From: Eledone cirrhosa
Taxonomy: Eukaryota
Length of the DNA stretch: 64,000 nt
Reading direction: 5' to 3'
Assembly: GCA_964016885.1 (NCBI GenBank)
Contig: OZ024757.1
Coordinates: 34,720,001 to 34,784,000 of the forward strand
Shown here: piece by piece, positions 1-11,381 of the stretch
Layout: each line of letters starts with the position of its first letter
How positions within the stretch are numbered: the first letter of the stretch is position 1
Translations under genes and position numbers: made by a program
The notes under the pieces: generated by a model
The model's input: the letters and a program-made list of their open reading frames with translations, nothing else
Databases searched by the model: none
What the model was told of the DNA's origin: nothing

Positions 1-133
1 GTTCACATACAGGAGACAAGCCATATCACTGAGATCTATGGTAAATCATTCTCTCTAAGTAATCACTTAACTTCTCAAACGTATACATACAGGGGAGAAG
101 CCATATCACTGTGATATATGTGTTAAATCATTC

Positions 134-929
134 TGTAGTGGATACATGCACAAAACCTTATTAATGTCACCTCCGCCTAAGTATGAAGAGGCACCAAAAC
201 TTTGTCAGTCGCCACAGAACTTCCACACCGTCCAGACACAGTCATCGTGACTCCTTCACCTGGCAACAGCAACTCAGGTCATCACTCCAACTACTATCGC
301 TAACAAGAGACAAGGGGTTGATATATACATATTACATTTCTACAGACCCCTTGGTGTTTTACAGACTCTCTCCCTCTTTCGCTCCATCTCTTTCTCTTGG
401 TCTCACGCTTAGTCAAGACAGTGAAGTTCATGAAGTTTTCTCGGTAAATACAATTTAACTCTACTTTTACAAACAAATAATTGTTTCTACTATTGGCACA
501 ATATGAATGACAAAGTTAACCTCGGCGGGATTTGAACTCAGAATGGCAAGGACCGTAACTCTATGTGTCAAAGCATGGCGTCCGACCCTCTACCGATACT
601 GCCAATTCACCGCCTTTTACAAACAAATAATGTATATAATTCTTGTGTATTTTTAGTATAACTTCAGCGTGAGTTATTTTCAATAAATTAATAATATAGT
701 GGTTTGGTGTCATCGTGGTTCATTTATATATATTTATTTTCTGCGTGATCAAGGAACTATCATATCATCATCATCTTATTGAACACTTACTTACCTGCAC
801 CTATGTAACCTCTGGTCACACTGTATCACACAACAGTGACCACATAACACAGCAAACTACAAGTGAGCACGCATACAACAAACGAATCAACACCAAAACA
901 CAATCCACTACCAACAACTAATCGCTATA
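134..929. mobile_element. Probable solo LTR inserted into a decayed finger
   Basis: Starts TGTAGTGGAT, ends ATCGCTATA (degenerate TG..CA ends); ATTC duplicated at 130-133 and 930-933; removing it restores a finger-like sequence aaatc-attc-tctcaaa. Confidence 0.55.
482..614 (-). mobile_element. tRNA-derived SINE (internally deleted copy)
   Basis: Minus strand GGCGGTGAATTGGCAGTATCGGTAG (A-box-like) and GAGTTCAAATCCC (B-box-like); flanked by TTTTACAAACAAATAAT at 465-481 and 615-631; paralogous site near 48325 is empty. Confidence 0.85.
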
Positions 930-930
930 A

Positions 931-1161
<231 letters not shown>

Positions 1162-1363
1162 TGATATTTGGTAAATTATTCTCTCAAATTACTCACTTCA
1201 CTAAATATTAATATATAGATACAGGAGTAAAGCCATATCACTATGATGTCTGTGGTAAATCATTTTCCTGTAAAGGTTGTTTAATGAAACACAAACACAA
1301 TAAGACAAGATAAAAGCCACACCAGTCACCCAAGATTGTGCCACCTATATTGTAAATGTTCAT

Positions 1364-1440
1364 AATAAAACTGGTTTAATAAAAAATTACCCTCCTCTGT
1401 TTATTTGTAGAAGATCTAACCAAGACTTGTGTTGAAACTA
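1364..1440 (+). terminator. Putative polyadenylation block of the left-edge ZNF gene
   Basis: AATAAA at 1364 followed by a block (..tttatttgtagaag..taaccaagact) conserved downstream of ZNF1, 2, 3 and 5. Confidence 0.5.
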
Positions 1441-1499
1441 CTGTATGGTATAGAATTTACTAATTTAGTCAATTTATTATCAAAGTTGAATATGTTCCC

Positions 1500-2060
1500 G
1501 AATGAATAGACTGAGACTTACTCTGTTAACCCTGTAAAATGGTAAATAACTGAGAGACTACCTCCAACTAACCCCAAAGAGGGACCAGCTATTGAAATAG
1601 ATAGTTATAGGGTCAAAGAAGCAATCAAGGGGAATAAAAATGGTAAAGCTGCTGTTCCATTAGAAATAACTGAGATGTTGAAAGATTCTGGGTAAGTAGA
1701 TGTCAAACTAGTCACCTACATAGTCAATCAGATAATATAGGATGGGGCCATACCCAATAACTGATATAGTAGTATACTAATATAATGCTATAAAGGAAAA
1801 GGTGAGGTACTAGAAAGGAGCAACTACTCAGGCATGAAGCTAATGGAAATGTGAGAAAGAGTTTTAATACAACTACTTAGGGAAAGAATCAAATTAGATG
1901 AGATGTTGTTAGATTTTATGCCAGGGAGAAGTGCTACAGATATACTCTTTTCTTAGTGACAAAACTACAAGAGAAGTTACTAGCTAAGAATAAGCCTCAG
2001 TATCTAAATATTGTTCATGTGGAGAAGTCCTTTGACAGAGTATCTGTATCTCATCCGGTG
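1500..2060 (+). mobile_element. Degenerate RTE-clade LINE RT fragment
   Basis: Decayed YKGKG..LER.NY.G.KL and LQEKLLAKNKP.YL..V..EKSFDRV motifs; homologous to 34482-35183. Confidence 0.75.
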
Positions 2061-2092
2061 GTCAAACTAGTCACCTACATAGATAATATATT

Positions 2093-2278
2093 TGTTTCTA
2101 CTTTTGTAACAAGGCCAGCAATTACCCAGTGCATTACTGGTACTTTATTTTATCGACCCCGTAAGGATGAAAGGCAAAGTTAACCTCAGCGGGATTTGAA
2201 CTCAGAATGGCAAGGGCCGTAACTCTATGCGTCGAAGCATGGCGTCCGACCTTCTACTGATACTGCCAATCCACCGCC
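2093..2278 (-). mobile_element. tRNA-derived SINE, near full length
   Basis: A/B-box-like head, core CTTTGCCTTTCATCCTTACGGGGTCGATAAAATAAAGTACCAG (resembles Nin/Deu-type SINE cores); ACATAGATAATATATT duplicated on both sides. Confidence 0.85.
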
Positions 2279-2299
2279 AAATCCAACATAGATAATATA

Positions 2300-3300
2300 T
2301 TGCCAAGAGGTTTGTTCTTGTTTTGTTGACCTCAAAAAGACATAACTGCACTCCTCAGGACATGCTGTGGAAGGTTCTACAACAGTATGGGGTCAAGGGT
2401 CACCTTATTCCTGCCTTGATGTCTTTATACAAATGCCCCAGTATTTGTGTTCCAAGGCTACATACTGTCACCTCTCCTCTTCATTATTTACATGAACTGG
2501 ATTGAAATACACAGCCAGGTTGGAAGTGGTATCACAACTGGCAGGTGTAAAATCAATCAGCTGGAATTTGCAGACGATATGGTGTTACTTAACATAATAG
2601 AAGATGACCTATGACTTGCACTTGATAGGTTTGTTGCTGAGTGCTGCATGGCTGGAATAGAAATCTGTGTTGCAAAAAGTGAAACACGAACTCTCGAGGA
2701 AACATGCACAGTGCATTCTACATGTAAAAGGAGCTTCACTGTATCAGGAGAGATGTTCAAGTTTCTCAGGGCCGTGTTTAGGAGTGATGGAAGGCAGGAG
2801 GCTGAATTAAGTCCAACAATTGCAGGAACTGGTGCAGTAATGCACCAGTTCCTGCATTCAGTAATCAGAGGTGAGGTAGGTGTAAAAGCCAAACTCAATT
2901 TTCAATTTGGTATTCATGCCAACCCTTACCTAAGGTCATGAATCTTGGGTAATAACCGAATTAATACGATCATGAATACAAGTGGCTGAAATGGGATTCT
3001 TCCGAAGGGTCTTTGGAGTAACGTTACTCGATAAAGTGTGTAACTTGGAGATCAGAGAGTCACTTCAGGTCAAGCCAGTATTTCTCCACTATGGACATGT
3101 GGGTAGAATGTTTCTGGCACATTCACTGAACATATTTTACGGGTCAAACCAACTGGTAGAAGACCCAAGTTAGTTGCATAGCATCCATGAGCTTGGCTGG
3201 TCTTCCTTGGGAATCCAGCCAGATGGTTGCTTCTGACAGGACCTGTTGGAAGTAGTGTGTGAGGACTCTGACCCACGACCCTCTCAGGAATAGGTGGGCG
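2300..3300 (+). mobile_element. Degenerate RTE-clade (Expander/Rex3-like) LINE 3' part
   Basis: FADDMVL, then AEMGFFRRVFGVTLLDKV..LEIRESLQV motifs typical of RTE ORF C-termini. Confidence 0.7.
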
Positions 3301-3632
3301 AAAATGATGTATAAATATATATATACATACATTATCTGCCTATCTCTATATATGTATGTGTAGAGTATGCAAGCAGACTGCAAATGGTGTCCGATTGTTG
3401 ACTGCACCACTAACTCCCATAATGTAACGAGAGAAAAGGGAAACAACTCTAGCGTTTACAGCTAGCTTCCTGAAAGCTAACGGATAAAATAGATTAGTCC
3501 TGAATAAATATGTTTACAAAACATGTATTTTAGTGTTGCCTCTTCTTGGTTCATATAGCGCGACAGCAAGCTATATATGTATATGCATACATTATAAATA
3601 TACACACGCACACACACATATATATATATATA

Positions 3633-3807
3633 AACAAGAGGGAGAATAATATTCTGGAGGGCTTCGAGTCTATTCCGAAGTCTGTACAAAAGACTTGCTG
3701 GTGTTGATTGCATAACCAAACTTACGAGAATTGAAACAAAAAATAAAGCTGTAAAAGATAATTTCGCTGCTATTTCTAGCAGGTAGAGGTTTTCTTATAG
3801 ATATATA
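3633..3807 (+). promoter_or_regulatory. Orphan partial copy of the conserved ZNF upstream module, disrupted by Merlin
   Basis: tattccgaagtctgtacaaaagacttgctggtgttgattg...gctgctatttctagcaggtagag matches 7473-7650; function is inferred. Confidence 0.45.
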
Positions 3808-4524
3808 GGTAATTTACTATTTTACGTTCACAAACTCAAATAAACATTCTCGCTGGTTATGTCTGGAGGTCGAAAGTGAAACTTTCACTTCTGACCTGGA
3901 GGTCGACATGCTACTGGGCCAAAATATATTGTTCCACCAGATGAAGTAATGAATAGCACTCAAATTTTGGCTGAGAAATATAATATAACCAAACTTTCAA
4001 GAGATGTAACTGTACTTGGAGCTGTATACAGTGGTGTGCACGTAGACGGCTTTTACGCAATACTTTGATTTATGACTCCTGTAGTGTTGAATGCTAAATA
4101 ATAGAGGTGATATATCTGATGGCAAAACATGGTATTGTCGTACATGTCGTCGTAAGACATCAATTCGTCAAGGCAGTTGGTTCAATCAACCACTGCAGTA
4201 GATTGGTGTAATTTTTGTCGTGGAGGCATGTAAGATGTGGCTTGAACAAAACCTCAACAAATAGGTGGGATTAATGAGGATGGAGAACCAATGACGGTGG
4301 AAGTGGATAAAACTAAATTTTTTCATCGAAAATATCAATTTTAATTCTATGTCTCTTTTTGTATTTAATAATTTTTCTCTCTCTTTTTCAATAAATAACC
4401 TAACCCTAAACCCTAGTCAGTAATTTTACTTGTGGTTCACCGCTTAACAGTTTCACTTTCGACCTCCAGACATAACTAGCGATAATGTTTATTTGAGATT
4501 GTGAACGTAAAATAGTAAATTACC
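3808..4524 (+). mobile_element. Merlin (IS1595-like) DNA transposon, internally deleted
   Basis: ~75-bp TIRs starting GGTAATTTACTATTTTACGTTCAC; 8-bp TSD GATATATA (3800-3807, 4525-4532); remnants DGKTWYCRTCRRKTSIRQGSWF and IGG..DGEPMTVEVDKTKFFHRKY. Confidence 0.9.
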
Positions 4525-4544
4525 GATATATAATTGATATAGTA

Positions 4545-6530
4545 CTGGATGGCACCAATACGAGTTCTCGCTATTGTTCATTCATCCAAATATATAAACG
4601 ATGTTTATATATATATATATATATATATATCCAGGGAGTATAACATGAAGTTACTGTCGGTTAACCCAGATGAGCACTCGATGTTTAGTTTCACGTCTGA
4701 AGCAAGGTGTAGAGCTACACAGAGTGTAAATATAATAATTGTTTCTACTTTTGGCACAAGGCCAGCAATTTTCCCAGTGCATTACTGGTACTTTATTTTA
4801 TCGACCCCGTAAGGATGAAAGGCAAAGTTAACATCGGCGGGATTTGAACTCAGAACGTAAAGAGTGTAAATATAATAATACAAGGATGATTTGTTAAGCC
4901 TTCATTACGTTTATTGATTGGCGACGCACGTTTCGCTATTGATCAGCTCAAGGTCCGACCTGGCCTGTTTCTGGAATCAAAAGCTAATCGGAATTCTGCT
5001 GTTGTAATGTTTCAACCAGGCAGTTTTTGTCCCTTGTGATTTGAACGCATATATGTATATATCTGTGTTCGGCTCTCTTTATGGTATATATATGTATGCA
5101 TTGTCTATTTAATTGTGTTGTTCACCACCCTACGTTATCAAATATATTTTATATTTAGCTGTACCTTGTTATTGTTTCAGGGAAGTTTTGTTCATCTTAA
5201 TCAAAATCTGTTTTGATTTAATTTCCTTCATCTACATCATCATCAACGTTTTTACGCCCGTTTTTCAATCCTGGCATGGGTTGGATGGGTCCTTTTAATC
5301 ACAGCATATCTCCACTTGCTGTTTTACTTTATCATCTTCTCTGTGAGTCTCAGCAATTTAAGATCAGCTCTCACCACCTCTGCCCTGGTCTTTCTTGATC
5401 TATCTCAAATGTGGCTTCCCTCCTCTGGTATTCCCTGGCACTTCTTCACCCAGTGATCATCATCATGCATATCACATGTCCATACCAAAGTAGACTTCTC
5501 TCTTGCACACCTCTTCGGATTCTTCTTATATCCAGTTTCTTCATCAGTTCATCCAAGTTCTGCATTCCTTTCACATCTATGTTGCACATCCAATGAAGCA
5601 TGTTTACTCCATTTCTCTCCAGCCTACGCATGTCTTCTGAAGTTACTGCCCATGTTTCACTACCATGCAGCATTTCACTTGTCACACAGGCACCATACAG
5701 TTGTATTATTGTAGAGAGAGAAATGTGTTGTGGTCAACAGTGTGATACCCTCTCTAAACTTCTTCAATCCTATCCTTTCTTTCAAAGAACCCTCCTCTGC
5801 TGCTAATTAACTCACCTAGATAGCAGAAGCTATCATTGTGTACAGTTTATGCCTACTCCATTTATACATACTGAGCAGGGCCACCTATTCTATAGTTCTT
5901 TTATGGATTCAGCTATAAGGACCAGATCATTTGTATAAAGAAGTTCCCATGAACTCTGCCGTGAATGTGGCAAGGTTTCTGGAGAAGATGAAATCTGGCC
6001 TGAGATCTTAAAAGCCTAAAATAGAGAAGAGATTCTCTTGCTGATTCATGTGTGCTGGAAAGGCATCTAAGCAGTGTCAATTGGGATTGATAATCCCAAT
6101 TTCAGAAAGGGAGACAAGAGAGATTGTTTCAATTACAGAGGGATCTCCTTGCTAAGCCTCCCTGGTAAAGACTAAGTTTGTGGCAAAGAGATGTAGGGAG
6201 ATTTTCGAGTCCAAGACAGCTGATGGACAGTGCAGTTTTGTCCCTGGACACAGCACAACCAACCAAATATTCACACTGGCAGGTCTTCAAGAAATCTTGG
6301 GAGTATTTCCAAGAGGAATATTCTTGTGTTATAGACCTTGAAAAGGCATATGATCACATTCTTCAGGACATGCTGTGGTAGGTTGTGCAGGAGTAGGGGG
6401 TTCGATGGTCAACTTCTTGCTGTTCTGATGTCTCTTTACAAATGTCTGAGTATTTGTGTTAGGATAAATGGTACTAAATCAAGACCATTAGATGTGGGAG
6501 TCTGCAAAGGGTGCATACTGTCACCTCTCG
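4545..6530. repeat. Segmental duplicate of the ZNF3 upstream spacer (26670-27890 and 28490-29065), containing SINE and RTE fragments
   Basis: Near-identical sequence and matching ORF-track peptides (MTSEMLHGSETW..., MWQRDVGR...). Confidence 0.85.
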
Positions 6531-6532
6531 TG

Positions 6533-6710
6533 GGCAGTATCGGTAGAGGGTCGGACGCCATGTTTTAACGCATAGAGTTACGGCCCTTGCCATTCTGAGT
6601 TTAACTTTGAGGTTAACTTTGCCTTTCATCCTTACGGGGTCGTTAAATTAAAGTACCAGTAATACACTGGGATAATTGCTGGCCTTGTGCCAAAAAAGTA
6701 GAAACAATTA
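6533..6710 (+). mobile_element. tRNA-derived SINE
   Basis: ggcagtatcggtagagggtcggacgcc...gcctttcatccttacggggtcg...agtagaaacaatta, same family as 2093-2278. Confidence 0.8.
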
Positions 6711-6739
6711 TTTACATGAACCTGATTGACCTGTATATA

Positions 6740-7056
6740 CGTAGTTCTCAGGGAGATTCAGCAAGACAAAACGCGTGACATGGCTTCCCTTTGAAATACA
6801 GCTAGAATCCATCTTATATTATAATGTGTCTGAATATTTTATAGACGTTGTTCTCAGGAAGATTCAGTGTGACAATTCTATGTAACGAATCTCTCCCTAT
6901 AATTACTGGTATAACCCATTTTCTTGCCAGCTAGGTAAAATGAAACAATAAGAAATAAAGTGTCTTGTTCAAGGTCCCAACGCACTGACCGCCCAGTCCG
7001 AGATTCGAACTCACGAACCATACGTCAGTGAACTACGCGCTATCACCGCGTACACC
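6740..7056 (-). mobile_element. Second tRNA-derived SINE family, degenerate
   Basis: Minus strand has GAGTTCGAATCT B-box and CCTTGAACAAGACACTTTATTT; homologous to 54922-55035. Confidence 0.55.
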
Positions 7057-7472
7057 GGTTTCCTCTACACAAAATATACCGGAATGACTAATCCGGATTA
7101 ATTCGCGAACAAGAATTACAATAAGTCTCCGAGAGTGATCTCCCGTGGTGGACATTTTTTCTTCCATTAGAAATTTTTTTTTTTCATGTCCGACTGACAG
7201 ACTCTGGAGTTTTTACATGTCTTCCATTTAATTAATGAGGAATTTTGAGGTATTTATATCAATTATTATTTCATTACATGTGGTTCTTGTATAAACATTC
7301 GTTGGAAGATTTTAATATAAATATGAACCCTGTATTTCAATTAAATACCACTACTAGTATTGTATAAAGCTATGCTTGAAGCGAAATCCTATTTCTTTTC
7401 ACACATATATATATATATTTACATATAAACACACACACACACATATATATATATATACACACACACACACAA

Positions 7473-8240
7473 AGCAAGAGGGCGAATGATATTCTGGCGG
7501 GCTTGCAGTTTATTCCGAAGTCTGTACAAAAGACTTGCTGGTGTTGATTGTATAACCAAACTTACGTGAGTTTAAACAAAATATAAAGCTGTAAAAGATA
7601 ATTTCGCTGCTATTTCTAGCAGGTAGAGAGACTACGTAGAGGTTTTCTTATAGATATATAATTTATATATTACTGGGGGGTACATTTTGATTTACCATGA
7701 ATAAAATACGATTGAAACTGTGTCTCAGTATTTTAAATTATATCAGGGACTTTTAACGTATGACACCGGCAAGCGAGTTGAAAATTGTCAACGTCATCGC
7801 GTACCTGCTGTCTAATCTAATATCTTGCTAATCTAATTATATCTTGTGTACCGACATCAGTCTTACACTGTCATATCTATTCTTACTTCACAATTGTGTC
7901 TACTAAGAGTTCCATTATAATCTGTAGTAGAAAAACGACTATTTCACCAGAACATCTGCTATCAGTCATTTATGGACAATATATATATTTTAGACCACAT
8001 ATCAACCTAATATATACATATTTCCTATTAAATCTCTGGCTAAAAACATAAATATTTTGAAGGTAATTCAAGAATTTTTATCATGATTACGTTTTTTTCA
8101 CTAATTTTTTGTTCTAATTTAAAAATATTTCTGACTAACTTTTCTATATTTTGTGTTATAAACCGTCTAAAAATTGTTACTCATACCAGGCCAGGAAATA
8201 TAAATTAAATTTACAAATGAGATTATATACACACGTCAAA
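7473..8240 (+). promoter_or_regulatory. Conserved ZNF upstream module (unit of ZNF1); candidate promoter or non-coding first exon
   Basis: One copy precedes every ZNF ORF in the same orientation; conserved tatcagggacttttaacgtatgacaccgg(c/t)aag and candidate donor AG|GTAGAG at 7623. Confidence 0.5.
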
Positions 8241-8999
8241 AATATATATACATTATATATTTTCCTACACATTATCCATAATAGACAATATATTATACCC
8301 CCCCATCTAATATACACACTCGTAATATATTTGTCCACGACCTCTTAATTACACGGTCAATTAATCAATTAACACTTTTTGCCAAAAAACAAACAACTTC
8401 ATCCACTATCTTCAGTTAATTCAAATTTCTTTCCTCAATTCCAATCTCTTCCCTTCATTGTTTTAATATCTCACTGTCCTATTCTTGCACTTCTATTTTA
8501 AATATTTACTCACACACAACATCTCACACTCATTTCCCCGTATTTGGTACACCTCATAATCCCCTTTCTCTTTGTTAGTTCTCCTTGTTTTTCTTTCATA
8601 TTTTCTCAGTCTCAACCTCCCTGTCCCCGATATTTTAATATCACCCCTCTATCTTTGCTATGTTTTTACAATTTTCAAATTTACTGCGGTTTCACCCATG
8701 TGGAATATTACACTCACAGCCTTTGAATTTTTACTTCTAATGTTTTTTCCATCTCTTTGTATGTTCATTGCTCTTTCTCTTCCACAGTATTTACCTGCCT
8801 TTTACATGTGTGTGTGTCTCTCCTTTGTTTTGTCCTACATTTTGTTTTTTTGTGTGCTGTGTGCTTAGTTTGTGCATTTGTTACACCCGGGTGTGTGTGT
8901 GTGTTTATTTGTCACTAGTTGGTTGGTTGTTCTATCTGTCTGTATCTGACTTGTTTTGTTAGTTTGGTTTTTGTGTGTGTAAGGGAGCTCGGAATAGCT

Positions 9000-9650
9000 T
9001 TGCACTTTTCACCTCAGTTTAAATCGAGCTCAGTGCCTACCAACAGGCAACTGTTAAATCTCCAGTGTGGCAAATTCATCGAATTTGACATGAAAGGAGC
9101 TGTCCGTCTCCTCTCTTCTCTGTCCTCCTTTACTCCGTGTAACTCTGATTCTCTTGATAGACTGAAAGAGAAGCACCCATCGGTACCCCCAGATGATCAG
9201 TTCCACTGGCCTGAACCACCAGAATACTCAAGACTGGTCTACACTACAGATAACATCAGAAAGGTGTTTACATCCTTCCCCACTAGTTCAGGCTCAGGAT
9301 TGATGGCCTTCGACCTCAGCACCTCAAGGATGGTATCTCCTTATTGACCTGTTATGCCAGACTCGAGCTCTTGGTTGCACCCTTCGCTGTCTCACTACAA
9401 AGGTGTGTTTGCTATTGGTCTCTGTCTCACTGTCAGGGGAATTTCCCCCCCTCCAGCTAGGCGTTGGTACCAAGCTGGGATGCTTCCTGGGCCTTTTCCA
9501 ACTTGCCTTCCTTTGTCCCTCAGGGTCATCCCCAAACTTCACCACAAGAACACATTCAACTCCGTTAGGCGCAATGACGTCCTCAGCTCAGTAAGTGAGA
9601 AGGTCCCACAACTCTACCACTTTGCCTGACAGGCTTATCAGGAACCCTCC
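9000..9650 (+). mobile_element. CRE-like non-LTR retrotransposon RT N-terminal fragment
   Basis: KGAVRLLSS..LKEKHP, F..SSGSG.DG.RP.HL (frameshifted), QLGVG, NTFNSVRRND motifs. Confidence 0.6.
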
Positions 9651-9719
9651 TGCCTCTCTTATATGTATATATATATATGTGTGTATATATGTTAAACTGT
9701 TCGTATACACGCATTATAC

Positions 9720-10390
9720 AAGCTGCTCCTTGTTTTCAGGGAAAAGCCTTTAGTAGATAGCAGTGGTAGTAACTCCCTGAACTTTTTCTATTCCATGTTC
9801 ACTCAGGCTACTGTACTTACAGAACACCTACCTCCACTGCTGATTTGGTCACCAAGGTAGCAGAAGCTGTCTACTTCTTCTATGGAACTCCCCAAGAATT
9901 TGATAGAGCTTCTTTCCTGTGGCCGTTTGTTGCATACTGCCCCTGTGCAATGACCACATGTAAAACATACATCCTTAGCTAACCTACCTGAGATCCCACT
10001 ACATCCCTTGTGTACCCATCATTTCCATTTTGGATAGAGGATGGAATATCTACCTACACAATTCTTGTACACTGAGCAAGGCCATTTCTCTGATGGAATC
10101 AGGGCTCTGTTTCCCTTCTAATTCTACCATGGATTTAGCTATAATTGTTAGATCATCTACACACAGGAGTTCCCATGGGAAGCCAGTCTTAAACTCCTCT
10201 GTTATAGCGTGCAGGATGATAATAAACAAAAGCGGGTTAAGAACAGAGCCCTGGTAGACACCAACCTGCACTCCAAATTCTTCACTATAGTCAATGTTAA
10301 TCCTAACTTTGCTGATTTCTCCCCTATACATGGCTTTGACCATGTATTTGAAACATGTACCAGACAGAGTTTCAGGTAGCTCTTTACAGT
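9720..10390 (-). mobile_element. Degenerate RTE LINE fragment
   Basis: GVYQGSVLNPLLFII..EEFKTGFPWELLCVDDL. Confidence 0.8.
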
Positions 10391-11059
10391 ATAGAACCTT
10401 ATTATGTAGTCACCAATGAAACCAGACACCAACAGATGTCCCTTCACCATCAAGGCAGCTCCCTGAAATACAAATACTCAATCCCCACTTGGCTGGCTCA
10501 CCCAGACATATTCCTAAAGAAATGTAACCCTGGTGGAGTCGAAGGGGTATTCTAGAGACGTTCAGTGTTTCTTGGGTATTTGTTAAAGCCTGATGTAGCC
10601 TATCTCCTCTTGAGGTCTGAACACATTTGATATCTGAATAAAACTTGAAATGAAATCAGTTATAGTATGGCTTCATACAGACTTGTAACTCCTGGTCTAA
10701 ACACAACTGATTTCTCCCCGAGAAGGAGAGAGAGTGATATAGAAATGAGAAAGAGTTATAAAGAAAGAATTGACTCCCGCTAATCAAAAGGTGGAGGTTA
10801 AAATGGTGTTGACATGTCATCAGGAGAGGAGATGATAGCTATGTTAGAAAGTAGTATTAGAAGAGATTTCCAGGGAAAATGCCAGAGAGCAGACTTCCCA
10901 AGAGGTTGAATGATAAACTTTATAGAACATGCTGGAATACCATAATTCACATTGGAGAGAATTGCTCTGGACAGGAAAGTTGGTATCTACAGTTTACCAA
11001 TATAGAAATATAAAATTTCCACTTTTAAATCTATCACTGCTCGTTAAGTATTCTCTATT

Positions 11060-11087
11060 ATCTCATACTGTTTCTTTCTTATTTCAG
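11060..11087 (+). promoter_or_regulatory. Splice acceptor of the ZNF1 coding exon; equivalent AGs end at 19469, 30564, 46472 and 57335
   Basis: Pyrimidine tract tgtttctttcttatttcag conserved ~300-350 bp upstream of all five ATGs. Confidence 0.65.
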
Positions 11088-11381
11088 AATAACAGATGAC
11101 ATTGGGATAAATTATTATTTTTAATCTTGGATACATCACCTATATTTAGCTTTTTATACAGAACTGATATAACACTGTTTATATAAATCTGTGGTTGAAT
11201 TACTTTGAAATATTTCCTCAGAACTGAGTATTTTGGCAAAATTTCCTTTCTTCACTATAAGATATATTTTGTATTTTTACTAAATTTGGATGAAAAAGAA
11301 GTTTGCATTATATTCAAATATTAACTGAGATCACAGTTGAGGGAAATATAGTAGAAAAACTATTTTCAAGATAAAATCATT

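Noticed and set aside
4895-4935. Hammerhead on the minus strand (also ~27025-27062 and ~17375)
   Set aside because: Stem II and GAAAC-GTGC-GTC are present at 4.9 and 27 kb but the CTGANGA core is incomplete; the 17.4-kb site lacks GAAA. Treated as truncated remnants
10560-11040. Conserved ~500-bp block before each acceptor as a novel exon or enhancer
   Set aside because: Its 3' part translates to a decayed RTE C-terminus (GKMP..RPPKR..D...GIPLLTLERIALDRK), best explained as an old LINE carried along with the duplications; function not excluded
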